From the NCBI GenBank assembly GCA_001599295.1, contig BCGN01000005.1, forward strand, positions 744,001 to 808,000: a stretch of DNA of 64,000 nucleotides, given 5' to 3'. Origin of the DNA: Sporopachydermia quercuum. Its lineage: Eukaryota. Each line of letters starts with the position of its first letter. Within the stretch, counting starts at the first letter, position 1. Shown in pieces: positions 1 to 10,763 of the stretch. The notes under the pieces were generated by a model, which was not told the origin of the DNA, searched no databases, and was given only the letters and a program-made list of their open reading frames with translations. Position numbers and translations under genes: made by a program.

Positions 1-219
1 TAAGAGCCATACTGGGCATTGGAAAGCGGTAGTAGTACTCAATAGGTTTGAATTACTAATATATTTCAAACACATTATCAACGCAGTATCGCCTGTGCCA
101 CAGCTCCTTATGTCTTCAATTCGTAGATCACAAAGATACAGTNGAACCATACTCGCCTGAATCAGAGCTGCTTTTTTTGGATTATAGGACCGAGATTTCA
201 TTAGAAATTGGCTGTAAAA

Positions 220-2460
220 ATGGATGTTTTAAGAGCCAACTCAGATCCTTTTCAATACGGAACTGAACAACACTCATCGCCTTCAAGCTGCCATCAAGAA
301 ACACACAACGATTATGATAGCAAGAATGAGTACTGTGGTTCTTCCTTCGATACAGATATCACTGGTGATTTCACTCTTTCTTCAGAAATAAGTACCAATA
401 CCCATTATTCAAAAGAGAAGAACGAAAATGAAGAGGACTCCGAAACAGGGGAAAAAGACAGGACACTGGAAATCACAATCAGTGAAGATGGAAACATTGG
501 AGATATGGACGATAATGACTATTGGACCTCGGTAGATTTCCGTCATATTGGTACTGCTATATTTCACAATGCTCAAACTGACACAACAAGAACCGTGAAA
601 CAACAGTGTATCAATGCAGCAATACGTGAAAACAATATTCAAACCATCAGGTCATATGCTAGAATCAATGAAGGCTTATTAAACAATGCTAATAGGAAAC
701 AACTGTGGCCAGTATTAATTGGACAGGAAGCAACATTAAATAAGAGAAGACCTACATACAAACCGTACGTATTACCTAGTGATGATACAGTTATACCTGA
801 GGTTACTGAATCTGTTGAAACAATTGGCTTATCCAGAGTTGATTCCTACTCAACGGATACATATGCATACTTTGATTCACACGCTGCACAGAATTTAGAT
901 GATTTAAAACCTCATCCTGACGAAGCTCAAGTTAAACTCGATGTTAACAGAGCTTTTTATAATTACCCTTCCAATGTTACAGCAGAAGAATTAAGTAAAT
1001 TGAAAGAGGGTCTCAACTGTTTAATTGTCACCGTTCTACGAAGAAACCCTTCACTATGTTATTCTCAAGGTATTCACGATATAAGTCAAATATTTCTGCT
1101 AATATTTGGCTCCGTGGAAGAAGCCCTACCTTGTACAGAATACATCTTTCTGAACTACTTACGAGATTTCATGCTACCTATAATAGAACCATCATTAGAT
1201 CATATGAATCTAGTTACACCCATTTTGAAAGAAGCAGACCATGAATTAAGTGAGATCTTAGAAACTGTTAGTATAACTTTTGGTCTTTCATGGATCATCA
1301 CAATGTTTTCTCATGAAGTTGAATCCTTTGAGAATATATGCAGATTATTTGATTTTATATTTGCAACTAAATCTATGATCTCACCGATATATTTGTTATG
1401 TGCTTTGATTGTAATGAGAAGAGCTCAGATAATGGAATTTGCAGATGAACCTGATGAGTTATTAAACTTGTTATCCCATTTCTCATCTAATGCCATTTCA
1501 TCTTCGTTTCTGGATGAGTTGATGTCCAAAGCTAATTATCTTTTATCAACAATACCTATTACTGAGTTTGACGAATGGAAAGCTGTATCTTCCTATTCAG
1601 TTCTGAAAACAACAGCAGCACCTTCAATTTATTGTATCGATCCTTCGATAGTTATTGCCCACGATATTAAATTGCCAGATGTTTATTACAGATTTGGTCC
1701 TAATAATGAAGATGCTCAAGATTTCTCGGACAACGGTTTAATCAATTCAGTTTCAACTATCACTGGTGACTCTGAATTTGACGTACATGTGAAACGATTG
1801 CAGTCACAGCTTTCATATTCGCAAAATACTGATGATACTTTAGTAAATTCAAGTGAACTCTTGAATGAATCAAGTAATAAACCGCACTCTTACAATACTG
1901 AAGAGAACTGTCCGTTATTGGATGCGTCAGAGTATCTTTCGAAGCAAATAGAAGAAGCAAGAATAAGAGAAGAGGCTTTGAAGAAAGAAAGGGAAGAGCG
2001 ACTGAACAAAGCAATGACAGCCAAAGTCCAACAAACTGTCTATTCGAATAGCCAGTCTAATGCCAATAATTTGATAAACAAATCCAAGTCTAATGCCAAC
2101 AGTACGGGAAAACGTCTAGCATCAGCTAAAGAGGTGGTCAAAAACTTGCTACAATCAGTTGGTGCGTTTTCATCATATTCTATGAGATCGAAAACCAGTA
2201 CATCGTATGTACTTCTTACAACAATTGCATGTTCTGCAGGAATTGGTATTTTAGGAGTTATACTTGGTATTCTCTTAACGAAGCATGATATNGGAGTCGT
2301 CTATTCTACGTTGAGGAAGCTTCTATTTGATATTGTCAAGAGAACACAGTTAAGTTTGAATGCTGGTGCAGTAATGATGAAATCCTTGATTCCTCTGACT
2401 GGATTTGATGAATTTCTACAGAATTGGACTAAAGGTTTAATCAATTCATCAATACAGTAG
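220..2460 (+). CDS. GYP8: TBC-domain Rab GTPase-activating protein, Gyp8/TBC1D20-like, with C-terminal membrane anchor
   Basis: RKQLWPVLIG, QVKLDVNRA (R finger), YSQGIHDI (Q finger), WIITMFSH; hydrophobic segment near the C-terminus; first ATG at 220. Confidence 0.85.
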   Translation: MDVLRANSDPFQYGTEQHSSPSSCHQETHNDYDSKNEYCGSSFDTDITGDFTLSSEISTNTHYSKEKNENEEDSETGEKDRTLEITISEDGNIGDMDDNDYWTSVDFRHIGTAIFHNAQTDTTRTVKQQCINAAIRENNIQTIRSYARINEGLLNNANRKQLWPVLIGQEATLNKRRPTYKPYVLPSDDTVIPEVTESVETIGLSRVDSYSTDTYAYFDSHAAQNLDDLKPHPDEAQVKLDVNRAFYNYPSNVTAEELSKLKEGLNCLIVTVLRRNPSLCYSQGIHDISQIFLLIFGSVEEALPCTEYIFLNYLRDFMLPIIEPSLDHMNLVTPILKEADHELSEILETVSITFGLSWIITMFSHEVESFENICRLFDFIFATKSMISPIYLLCALIVMRRAQIMEFADEPDELLNLLSHFSSNAISSSFLDELMSKANYLLSTIPITEFDEWKAVSSYSVLKTTAAPSIYCIDPSIVIAHDIKLPDVYYRFGPNNEDAQDFSDNGLINSVSTITGDSEFDVHVKRLQSQLSYSQNTDDTLVNSSELLNESSNKPHSYNTEENCPLLDASEYLSKQIEEARIREEALKKEREERLNKAMTAKVQQTVYSNSQSNANNLINKSKSNANSTGKRLASAKEVVKNLLQSVGAFSSYSMRSKTSTSYVLLTTIACSAGIGILGVILGILLTKHDXGVVYSTLRKLLFDIVKRTQLSLNAGAVMMKSLIPLTGFDEFLQNWTKGLINSSIQ

Positions 2461-2989
2461 AATATAACGAGTAATATAGTGAGTTAAATAGGGACTGGAG
2501 AGAGAAATATTCTAAATGGTGATGATGATTTCATACAATAATACGTAAAACCAGGTTAATCAGTAACCTTTAATCTGTTGTAGGAACTGTAGATAATGAC
2601 CGGTCACCCATTTCACCTAAATATCAATAATCTAATTCTTTAATATTGCCATATGTTGGCTATTAGATATGTAGACTATAAGGTATCATTATTAACTATA
2701 TCAAATAAGATGTCAGTTCCATACTTAAACTATCGAATAATATATGCGATTTACTGTAAAATCCTTCATCTCTTTGACGAGTGAACTAAGAAGTATATGA
2801 CACTATAGGAACATTATATAATATCATATAAAACAGAAAGCAGTTAACAGATTTGATGCATTCAACGTAATGCTGACCCTACCTACTTCGTTCCTTTCAC
2901 ACCCCTATCAACTACATATAAATTGTTATCAACACATAATTGTTTATAGATATACTACACTACTCCCTGTCATCTGCACTATTATTTAC

Positions 2990-5167
2990 TTATTCTATGA
3001 GATTAATTTCATACATCAACAGTGTTTCCGTTGTAGAATCTTGCCAACCTCTACCTCCACTTGCAGTCAACAAGAATCGACAGCTTGGATCAACATATAT
3101 AGATGACAATATGCCACCATGATGCCCAGGAACAATTAAAAATGGCACAGGATTACTTTGTCCTGTTTTCCTTCGTTTACCCATTGATGATGAATTATGT
3201 CTATCAGCTTTCTGCAAATCATACAATCTCACATTATCGTAGGATCCGCATAGAATATGTCTATTATTAGGTAATGCAGCCACATAACTAACAGGACCAC
3301 TGGCAGCAGGAAACCTTAACGATTGAGAAGGTTTTGGTGACATTCGTACATCATACTCATCAATGGTATTATTTCTTCTACCAGCGTAAATTCTATTACC
3401 ATCAGCTGACCAACATGCACTTAAGCACCATGGAGGTGTTTTACCTAAAGACACTGGTATTCTACCTATTCTTTTACCTTCTCGTTTATCCCACATCGCA
3501 ATGGTACCGTCACTCGATGCAGATAAAAATACATTATGGTCATGAACAGTATTTTCTTCACTAGGTTGATTTGTAGTATATGTAACAGATGATTTAGGTG
3601 ATGATATCGAAGACTCAGATGGTTCGATTTCCGTTGATGTATTTGCTGACGGCTCGTTACCATCATTATCAATAGTGCTCTCTGTTTTATTCTCAGCTCC
3701 AGATTCAACATCAGCTGTACCAATGCTAGCTTTATTGTCACCATTTTCATTTTCAGTCTCAGTTTGAGCTTGATTTTCATCACCTTTATCTTTATCATTA
3801 TCTTTATCCTCATCAGCTATTATATCAGCTGCTTCCGTTTTAACTTGCGTGGTAGTCTGAATATCTTCCTGATCAGGATTACCAATTATCTCATCATTAC
3901 CCAGTCTTTGATTATTCATCCTTTTCAAACCATTTTCAGGCTCGTTAGCATCGTCTTCTTTACCATCTCCAAGGTTCTGTCGGCCTTCTTCTTCATCACT
4001 ACCAAATAATGATTCCATATCATCGTCATTGTCATTGTCATTATAGTTATTATTGCCGTTATTCTCTTTCTCTTTATTTTCATTAACATTATCACCTAGC
4101 CCAGGTTTCGCATCAGAACTTTTAGTACTACCATTACTGCTAAGTACTTTTCCCCCTGCTCCAGGTAAATTAACAATACCCACTTTGCTAGCGCTATTAT
4201 TACCACCACCAGTTAAGGATACAGTTGCTCCACCGTAAGGCTGATACTCTAGACAGGAAATTTGACCCGAAGCCTTGGGAAATTTCCTTACTGGTTTTCC
4301 AGTATTCAGATCCCAGTCAATAATAAATTGATCCCAACTACCGCTTAAAAAAGATATCTCATCATCACTAAGTTTTAGTACTGATACAGCGGATGTATGC
4401 TCTTTGAAATGATAGTGTGTTTGACCTTCTACATGCCTTACAGACTGCAGAGCAATACCTCCATTGTCTTGACCAGCTAATAACCACAAAGCTTCAGATT
4501 GAACAGCTAATGAATAAACTGGGGAAACTTTTGGTTCATAAAACTCCTTATCTATCACTTTGATATCTTTCCGCCTTTGTGGTACTTCATTCTCCCAATA
4601 TGATAATAATACACCTGCATTAACAATCGAATCAGCAAATGGATGTTTCTGAGCAACTGTAAGAGGAACTTTACCGTTGATAGAATCAAAAAAATCAAAT
4701 CTTCTAATGAAACCATCACTATCCCCGGTAAATACCCATTTCATACCTCTTGAGGTAGCCATTGAGTATATAGCACTACTGTGAGGAGCAGCAACNTATG
4801 GTGTAATATCATATCCTTTACATGTATCAGCTCCTGGTACCAACTGAATCTTCTTTGGTTGAGAGGATCTAATGATCGGTGTGTTTTGTCCATCGCTCGA
4901 TTGATTTGAGCTATTCAAAGAAGCATATCCATTTGGTTTCTTGCTACTATCGAGGTTCTCAGTGTCATCAGGATCAGCATCAAGGTCAGCATCAGGGTCA
5001 TCGTCAATATCTTCAGAATCAACGTTATTAGTGACCCCCGAATTCTCTAGGTTATTTATCTCTATGTTATTTCCATTTTCGTTCTCCTCTCCGTTCTCGT
5101 TCTCGTTTTCATTCTCATCTTCATTATCAACATCCATATCAAATAAATCATCTACATCCTCATCCAT
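2990..5167 (-). CDS. SPT8: SAGA complex WD40 subunit Spt8
   Basis: Acidic N-terminus, LTVAQKH, SYWENE, SPVYSL, PPWCLSACWS, PFLIVPGHHGG motifs. Confidence 0.93.
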   Translation of the reverse strand: MDEDVDDLFDMDVDNEDENENENENGEENENGNNIEINNLENSGVTNNVDSEDIDDDPDADLDADPDDTENLDSSKKPNGYASLNSSNQSSDGQNTPIIRSSQPKKIQLVPGADTCKGYDITPXVAAPHSSAIYSMATSRGMKWVFTGDSDGFIRRFDFFDSINGKVPLTVAQKHPFADSIVNAGVLLSYWENEVPQRRKDIKVIDKEFYEPKVSPVYSLAVQSEALWLLAGQDNGGIALQSVRHVEGQTHYHFKEHTSAVSVLKLSDDEISFLSGSWDQFIIDWDLNTGKPVRKFPKASGQISCLEYQPYGGATVSLTGGGNNSASKVGIVNLPGAGGKVLSSNGSTKSSDAKPGLGDNVNENKEKENNGNNNYNDNDNDDDMESLFGSDEEEGRQNLGDGKEDDANEPENGLKRMNNQRLGNDEIIGNPDQEDIQTTTQVKTEAADIIADEDKDNDKDKGDENQAQTETENENGDNKASIGTADVESGAENKTESTIDNDGNEPSANTSTEIEPSESSISSPKSSVTYTTNQPSEENTVHDHNVFLSASSDGTIAMWDKREGKRIGRIPVSLGKTPPWCLSACWSADGNRIYAGRRNNTIDEYDVRMSPKPSQSLRFPAASGPVSYVAALPNNRHILCGSYDNVRLYDLQKADRHNSSSMGKRRKTGQSNPVPFLIVPGHHGGILSSIYVDPSCRFLLTASGGRGWQDSTTETLLMYEINLIE

Positions 5168-5953
5168 GGTGATTAGATATGTATTATTCTGTTTCGCTAA
5201 GAGTCTGGGACAAATATATCCATCAACTGGTCAAATAAACAAATAGTTGCAGTTTTCCAACCTACAACTACAATCTCCTTTAGCNTCTTTCCCGATTCTT
5301 TTGATCCCTTCTCTCTTTGACTATATTCTATCAGGTTGTCTAATTGTATTAGCCAGAACTACTAACCATTGAACTAACTATCTCAGGTCAATCTTATGAG
5401 CACCAATAAAAACAGGCTTCATCCAAGTGTGAATATCTCATTTAATACTCACTGAAATGAACAACTTGCTTACTGTCTGAAATTACTATAGCAGAATCAA
5501 CTTTGGTTACTCCTCTAAACAATTATAAAAGTGGAAACCATCAGAATTGCACATAATTGGAAGTTATACTGGAACTGTTAGATGAATTGCTTTTTAGCGC
5601 TTTCATACAGAAAAACAGACATCCCGTCTCATCTTGTACCTAAACATGGATTATATTTTATTATGTAATCATTAAACTAGCTGCCTGCCTTCCCTGACAT
5701 GTTATTACGGAGATGATGATGAACCTTTCTAACTTAATTGTATCATCATGTGCTCTAATGTAGTTCATATGACAAGGTCTTTTTGTCCTTATAACTTGAC
5801 TTATGAAGGCAGAACAATGCATTTATAGTACTATATTCTTGTGAAATAGAAATATTCAAAACATCAGAAAAGAATCGGAAAAGAAAAGGAGTGAAAACGC
5901 ATTTGATTCTCACATATTTAAGGAGACAGCTTATCAGTCATATCTTTCGAGTA

Positions 5954-6841
5954 ATGTCAGCCAGAGCTAGTGCTATTCAATCTCATCATTTATCTTACGC
6001 TTTCCCAAATGGAGTGTTAGGACTTGAAGATATCAATTTGGACTTGCCATGGAAAAGCAGAACGTTATTAGTTGGTGCCAATGGTGCTGGTAAATCAACT
6101 TTGCTCAAACTACTTGCAGGGAAAACGCTGGCTAAAGCAGGCAAGATTTCGGTTGGTGGAAGTGATCCCTTTAGAGGGGGAATTGAAGGATTGACATATC
6201 TAGGAACAGAATGGGCGGGAAATCCTGTAGTACGCCATGATATTCCCGTTTCATTGTTAATATCTTCAGTTGGTGGAGATTACTATACTGAGAGACGAGA
6301 TGAGCTAATTGAGATTCTTGACATCGACGTCAGATGGCATATGCATGCTGTTAGCGATGGAGAAAGAAGAAGAGTGCAACTTCTTATGGGATTATTGAAA
6401 CCATGGAAGTTGCTTCTTCTAGATGAAGTGACTGTTGATTTAGATGTTTTAGTTCGATCTAGACTTTTGGATTTCTTGCGACGAGAAACAGAAATAAGAG
6501 ACTGTGCAATTTTTTATGCTACTCATATTTTTGATGGTTTGGGGGATTGGCCAACAGGAGTGGCTCACATGCATTGTGGAAGAATCGAGAGTTATGTTGA
6601 TATAAAAAATAAAGAGGAATATGAAAAAGCTCTTGAAGAGGTTCCAAATAAAGTGAAAGAAGATTCATATTTATTACAACTTGTATTACATTGGTTGAAA
6701 AAGGATTTAGCATTAAGGGGTTCCCGTAAGGATACTGTGAAAGTGAAATGGGAAGATGTTAAAGATAAACTGGAAGATCTGTATTATGATGGAGGAAAGT
6801 CTAGAGTTACTTCTTATTTCCAAGCTACAAGGGGAATTTGA
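5954..6841 (+). CDS. CAF16: Soluble ABC ATPase, CCR4-associated factor 16
   Basis: Walker A GANGAGKST, YLGTEW, SDGERRRVQL, LLLDEVTVDLD, YATHIFDGL; first ATG at 5954. Confidence 0.92.
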   Translation: MSARASAIQSHHLSYAFPNGVLGLEDINLDLPWKSRTLLVGANGAGKSTLLKLLAGKTLAKAGKISVGGSDPFRGGIEGLTYLGTEWAGNPVVRHDIPVSLLISSVGGDYYTERRDELIEILDIDVRWHMHAVSDGERRRVQLLMGLLKPWKLLLLDEVTVDLDVLVRSRLLDFLRRETEIRDCAIFYATHIFDGLGDWPTGVAHMHCGRIESYVDIKNKEEYEKALEEVPNKVKEDSYLLQLVLHWLKKDLALRGSRKDTVKVKWEDVKDKLEDLYYDGGKSRVTSYFQATRGI

Positions 6842-7047
6842 TTTGTTCTGGATCATCGAATTGAACTCAATATGAATAGAAATAAAAAGTACATGAATAT
6901 ACTTACTTATACATTACAATTAATAATAATACATCACCAAAGCCCAGGTAAAAAAAAAGGGAGATAAAACTAAACATGATAGGAATCAACTCAAATCAAT
7001 AAAAAAACATAAACGAAAAGATGGTATTTCCAAAATGCATCAGTATC

Positions 7048-8445
7048 CTAGGCTGAACCCATAATTGTTAGCTTCCGTTCCATTTCATTAAGGTAATTTG
7101 AAATATGATTATACAGTCTTTGACTTTCAAAGTTGGTTTCTCGAAGCTCTTTGTCAAAGTCAGCTTTCATGTCAATCATTTTCTTTTCTACTGATTTGAT
7201 GTTTTCTAGTTTTTGATTCAATTCTTGGTCTTTCAGTGTTTGCTCTGCGGAAAGATTACCATAGGTTTCTCTCAATTGTATCATTTTCTCTTGTGCTAAG
7301 CCTCTTTTCTCTTCAGCTTGTTGTTTAGTTCTCTCAACTCTATCTTTAGCTGCAGAGACTTGTCTNTCAAGTTGTTGAATTGTTCTTTCTAGATGATCTA
7401 ATTCTCTTCCTTGAGATTCATGCAGCTCTTGTAATTTATTGAGCTTCCACTTGCAGTCAGACTCATTTTTTAGTTCACTTTCAATATCATCAATAGTTTT
7501 CAATAGTAATTGAATATCACTAATTAATACTTGGAATGATTCATTTGAAATCAGTAGTTTTCTTATTTTCAACTCCTTAGCAGTAATTATATGTTTCTGA
7601 TTCTCTATATCTTTCTCCAGATCTTCGTTTACTTTGAGTAAGTACTTAGGATTCTCTACAACATACTTCTTTAGAGTTTCCACTTGTTTTCTTAGTTCAA
7701 CCATATTGTAGTTGTTTTCTTCTAGTCTTACTAACAATTTCTGTTTGATGGATTTAACTTCACCATGTTGAAGACTTGATTGCTCTTGAAATTTCTTCAT
7801 CTGTCTCAATTTATTCTCACTTTCCGTGTTGAATTTAAGCACCATTTCAAGCCTTTGTTGATCATCTGACCTCTTTGCTTGTAATTCACTAATCGTCTTC
7901 TTCAGCTGTCGGTTTCTAATGGAAACATCATTCAGAGTTATTTGCTGTTGTTCACACATATCGATTATTTCTTCGCATTCATTGAAATGTTGCTCCCGAT
8001 ATCTTGCGTAGTTAACAAAAGCGCATAGTATTTTCCTAATCTTCANTGGTTCGGGTTTAATCATATCCATTATCGAAAAATCATCAATTCCTAACATAAG
8101 GAAGAATCTATGTAAACTTTTCTGTAAACCAAGAATGTTTCTTGCATTTGTTTGATTTTCATCGTAATCTGTTTCATTGGCACAAGCAGCTAAAGCTTTC
8201 CTTAACATATCTGGTCCAATTCCTAAACAATACTCTGCTATACCTGTGAACAAGCTTTGAACATACTGAGGAGTTGGTTTACTCAATAGCTCCTCTGATG
8301 CTGTAAAGTTACATTCTGTAAGGCATTCTGATAGTTCAGTAAGATCTAACATCGGAATGCTTATAATTTTGCCATGAGTTCTCCTGGCTGCTGTATTTAT
8401 GGAATTGGCCATGGATGACCTGTACACTGAACTTGGCCTAGACAT
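7048..8445 (-). CDS. NUF2: Ndc80 complex kinetochore protein Nuf2
   Basis: N-terminal CH-like domain (LSKPTP, GIDDFSIMDMIKPE, AFVNYARYRE) followed by a long coiled coil; first ATG at 8445. Confidence 0.9.
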   Translation of the reverse strand: MSRPSSVYRSSMANSINTAARRTHGKIISIPMLDLTELSECLTECNFTASEELLSKPTPQYVQSLFTGIAEYCLGIGPDMLRKALAACANETDYDENQTNARNILGLQKSLHRFFLMLGIDDFSIMDMIKPEPXKIRKILCAFVNYARYREQHFNECEEIIDMCEQQQITLNDVSIRNRQLKKTISELQAKRSDDQQRLEMVLKFNTESENKLRQMKKFQEQSSLQHGEVKSIKQKLLVRLEENNYNMVELRKQVETLKKYVVENPKYLLKVNEDLEKDIENQKHIITAKELKIRKLLISNESFQVLISDIQLLLKTIDDIESELKNESDCKWKLNKLQELHESQGRELDHLERTIQQLXRQVSAAKDRVERTKQQAEEKRGLAQEKMIQLRETYGNLSAEQTLKDQELNQKLENIKSVEKKMIDMKADFDKELRETNFESQRLYNHISNYLNEMERKLTIMGSA

Positions 8446-9190
8446 GATATGGAAAAGATTTGAACTAACAGTTCGATTCTTCTGCTGATCAGGTGAAGTA
8501 GCTTGCAATCCAATAGAATGTACTTTTTGATATCGATAATCTGAGCAAGAGATCAGAAATGATATAGACTGCAATCAGTAAATCAACAATAACAACCAAT
8601 AAACCAGATGCTGAACGTAGACAAAATTTCCAATATTAATTCTGAATGCTCTGATTAGTTAAATACCCCCAAATGTGAATTATAGTATGACTCATCCAGG
8701 TGCAATTTCTTCCTTTACTTATTATAAGATGGCTAGCAATTATATGTCAGTACTCTTTCAACTTTGATTACATTAAAAGTAATAATGCTGCTGGTGATGA
8801 TCTCAAAATGAAAGAAGCAGATAAATAAACTTCTAATAATTAATCCTTTGGTGATTCATCCGTCAGTCACTAGAATCAGGAAAGTATTTACAATTTTCTC
8901 TATTAGGCAATTGGCTGATGGAATGGATGTTTTGATAATGGATCAAGGATTAAGTAATCAGGATTTCAATACACCCAATCACCAGCGAGAAAGTGAGGAG
9001 TGATTGTGAAGACTTTGCGGGACTAAAATCAAGAGAGCGACTAACTGTCACGTGAAGGAAATAATCCTGCACCAGTGTTTAGCTAACATTATCAGAAAAT
9101 TACTTGTTTTTGCTTTTCTTTGCCTACTGGTTGTTCAATTATATATATGTATTTTAGTAAATACAACGAACTATCAATCTTCCACCTTTT

Positions 9191-9577
9191 TCACCTCTCT
9201 AATATTTTGTTAGCAATAAAATTACCAAGATCTCGCTGCATACCCCTTACTGCACTATGTGCAAACTGTACATCAATATGCATACCGCCTACCCCACCAA
9301 TTCTTTTAGTGATTAGTCTAACAAATCCATTTTCCACCAAATCGGCAAGTAACTCAAGATTCTCTCCGGTATCTTTATTCTTTCTGCTATAAAGAACAGT
9401 TCGTTCTGGATCAATGAAATAGTATAAATTAGTTAAATTCAGGTTAGATTTGGCTTCCTATCTGTATATTGCCTGAGTGTCAGCTGAAGTGTGTTCGCAA
9501 TTGAATCCTACATAATTCTGACTCATTGTACATAATAAATCACTCACCAATCCATTCTCTGATATCTGAGCTTGCAT
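9191..9577 (-). CDS. Candidate small spliced gene of unknown function (exon structure uncertain)
   Basis: Stop-free frame 9457..9191 (88 codons) beginning right after a TAG; upstream ATG...|GTGAGT donor at 9547..9542; not in the ORF track. Confidence 0.35.
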
Positions 9578-9625
9578 CACTTACTGATCACCATCAGTAA
9601 CAGAGTACATCAACTTAGCAACAAA

Positions 9626-10114
9626 ATGCTCAAAAACGCTTTTACCAGGGGAGTTAGAATCCCTTACAGAAATTCTGTCGATACTATTAACAATAGTTTA
9701 GTGCAACGAGAATTTCATTTTAATTCTCTCAAGTTCTCTGAGACTAAGAAAAACAGTGAAGCGGTGGAAGAAGGAGAAATTGAAATCAAGATTGAGCCTT
9801 TGCCAAGAATTGGAGAAGAAACTGAGGTTAAAAGAGCACGATTATTATATCAATCACGTAAACGGGGTATCTTAGAAGCTGATTTGATTTTGAGTAGATT
9901 TGCCGATAAGTATCTGAAAACATTGACAAGAGAAGAATTGGAAGAATACGACAAGCTTTTAGATGAAACTGACTGGGATATTTACTATTGGGCAGTAAAA
10001 AATTATGACGTTACACCGTTACCTGATAAATGGAAGAACTCTGAAATATTGAAGAAGTTGCAAGACTTAAGTGAAAATAAGGAAAGAGAAGTATTAAGGA
10101 TGCCTGATTTATAA
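9626..10114 (+). CDS. SDH5: Succinate dehydrogenase assembly factor 2
   Basis: [39 protein letters not shown]; basic mitochondrial presequence. Confidence 0.95.
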   Translation: MLKNAFTRGVRIPYRNSVDTINNSLVQREFHFNSLKFSETKKNSEAVEEGEIEIKIEPLPRIGEETEVKRARLLYQSRKRGILEADLILSRFADKYLKTLTREELEEYDKLLDETDWDIYYWAVKNYDVTPLPDKWKNSEILKKLQDLSENKEREVLRMPDL

Positions 10115-10763
10115 TTAGTAATGGATCTATGATGTTGATACATAAGGAGTACTTTAAAACCTGTTGGTTGAGATATTTTACTGTATATATTTGAGATTAG
10201 GATTATGATGATATATGAGAGGTGGTGTTCAAGGTGAAGATCCTTTTTTATATTTGAATACATAGTATCTATTTATTTATCTAATTGTTCTATTATTTTG
10301 AGTTCTCAGTTGCAAATCAATACCATCTCTCTTACGTAGTCTTGAATAAGTAAATTACTTCTATTGNAAGCTGAAATCAAAGAAACCACCACATGCAGGT
10401 TATAAAACCGTTAAATTTGACTGCCTGAATGCAACTTACTGACCTAGTGCCTACATAATAGTATCAGTTGCCATAAGGTATAATACTACAATATTGCCCA
10501 GAGGCTAATTAAAAATCACATACCATACACACGTATATTTCTTGCCCTCAAATAAGAGTAAAGGCTTAGTCGTATATGCTGGTTCGAACTGATATTAAGC
10601 TAGGCAATGATTAATGTCATAAAATATTATACTAATAACGAGGAAGAACCAACAAATCACACCCCCAATATTGAAGCAAAGCTCCATTAGCCATTCACAC
10701 ATCGCACCACCCACAACCATGTATTCAACATACTCAAGAGTCACTCTAATAAATTGCGTCAAA

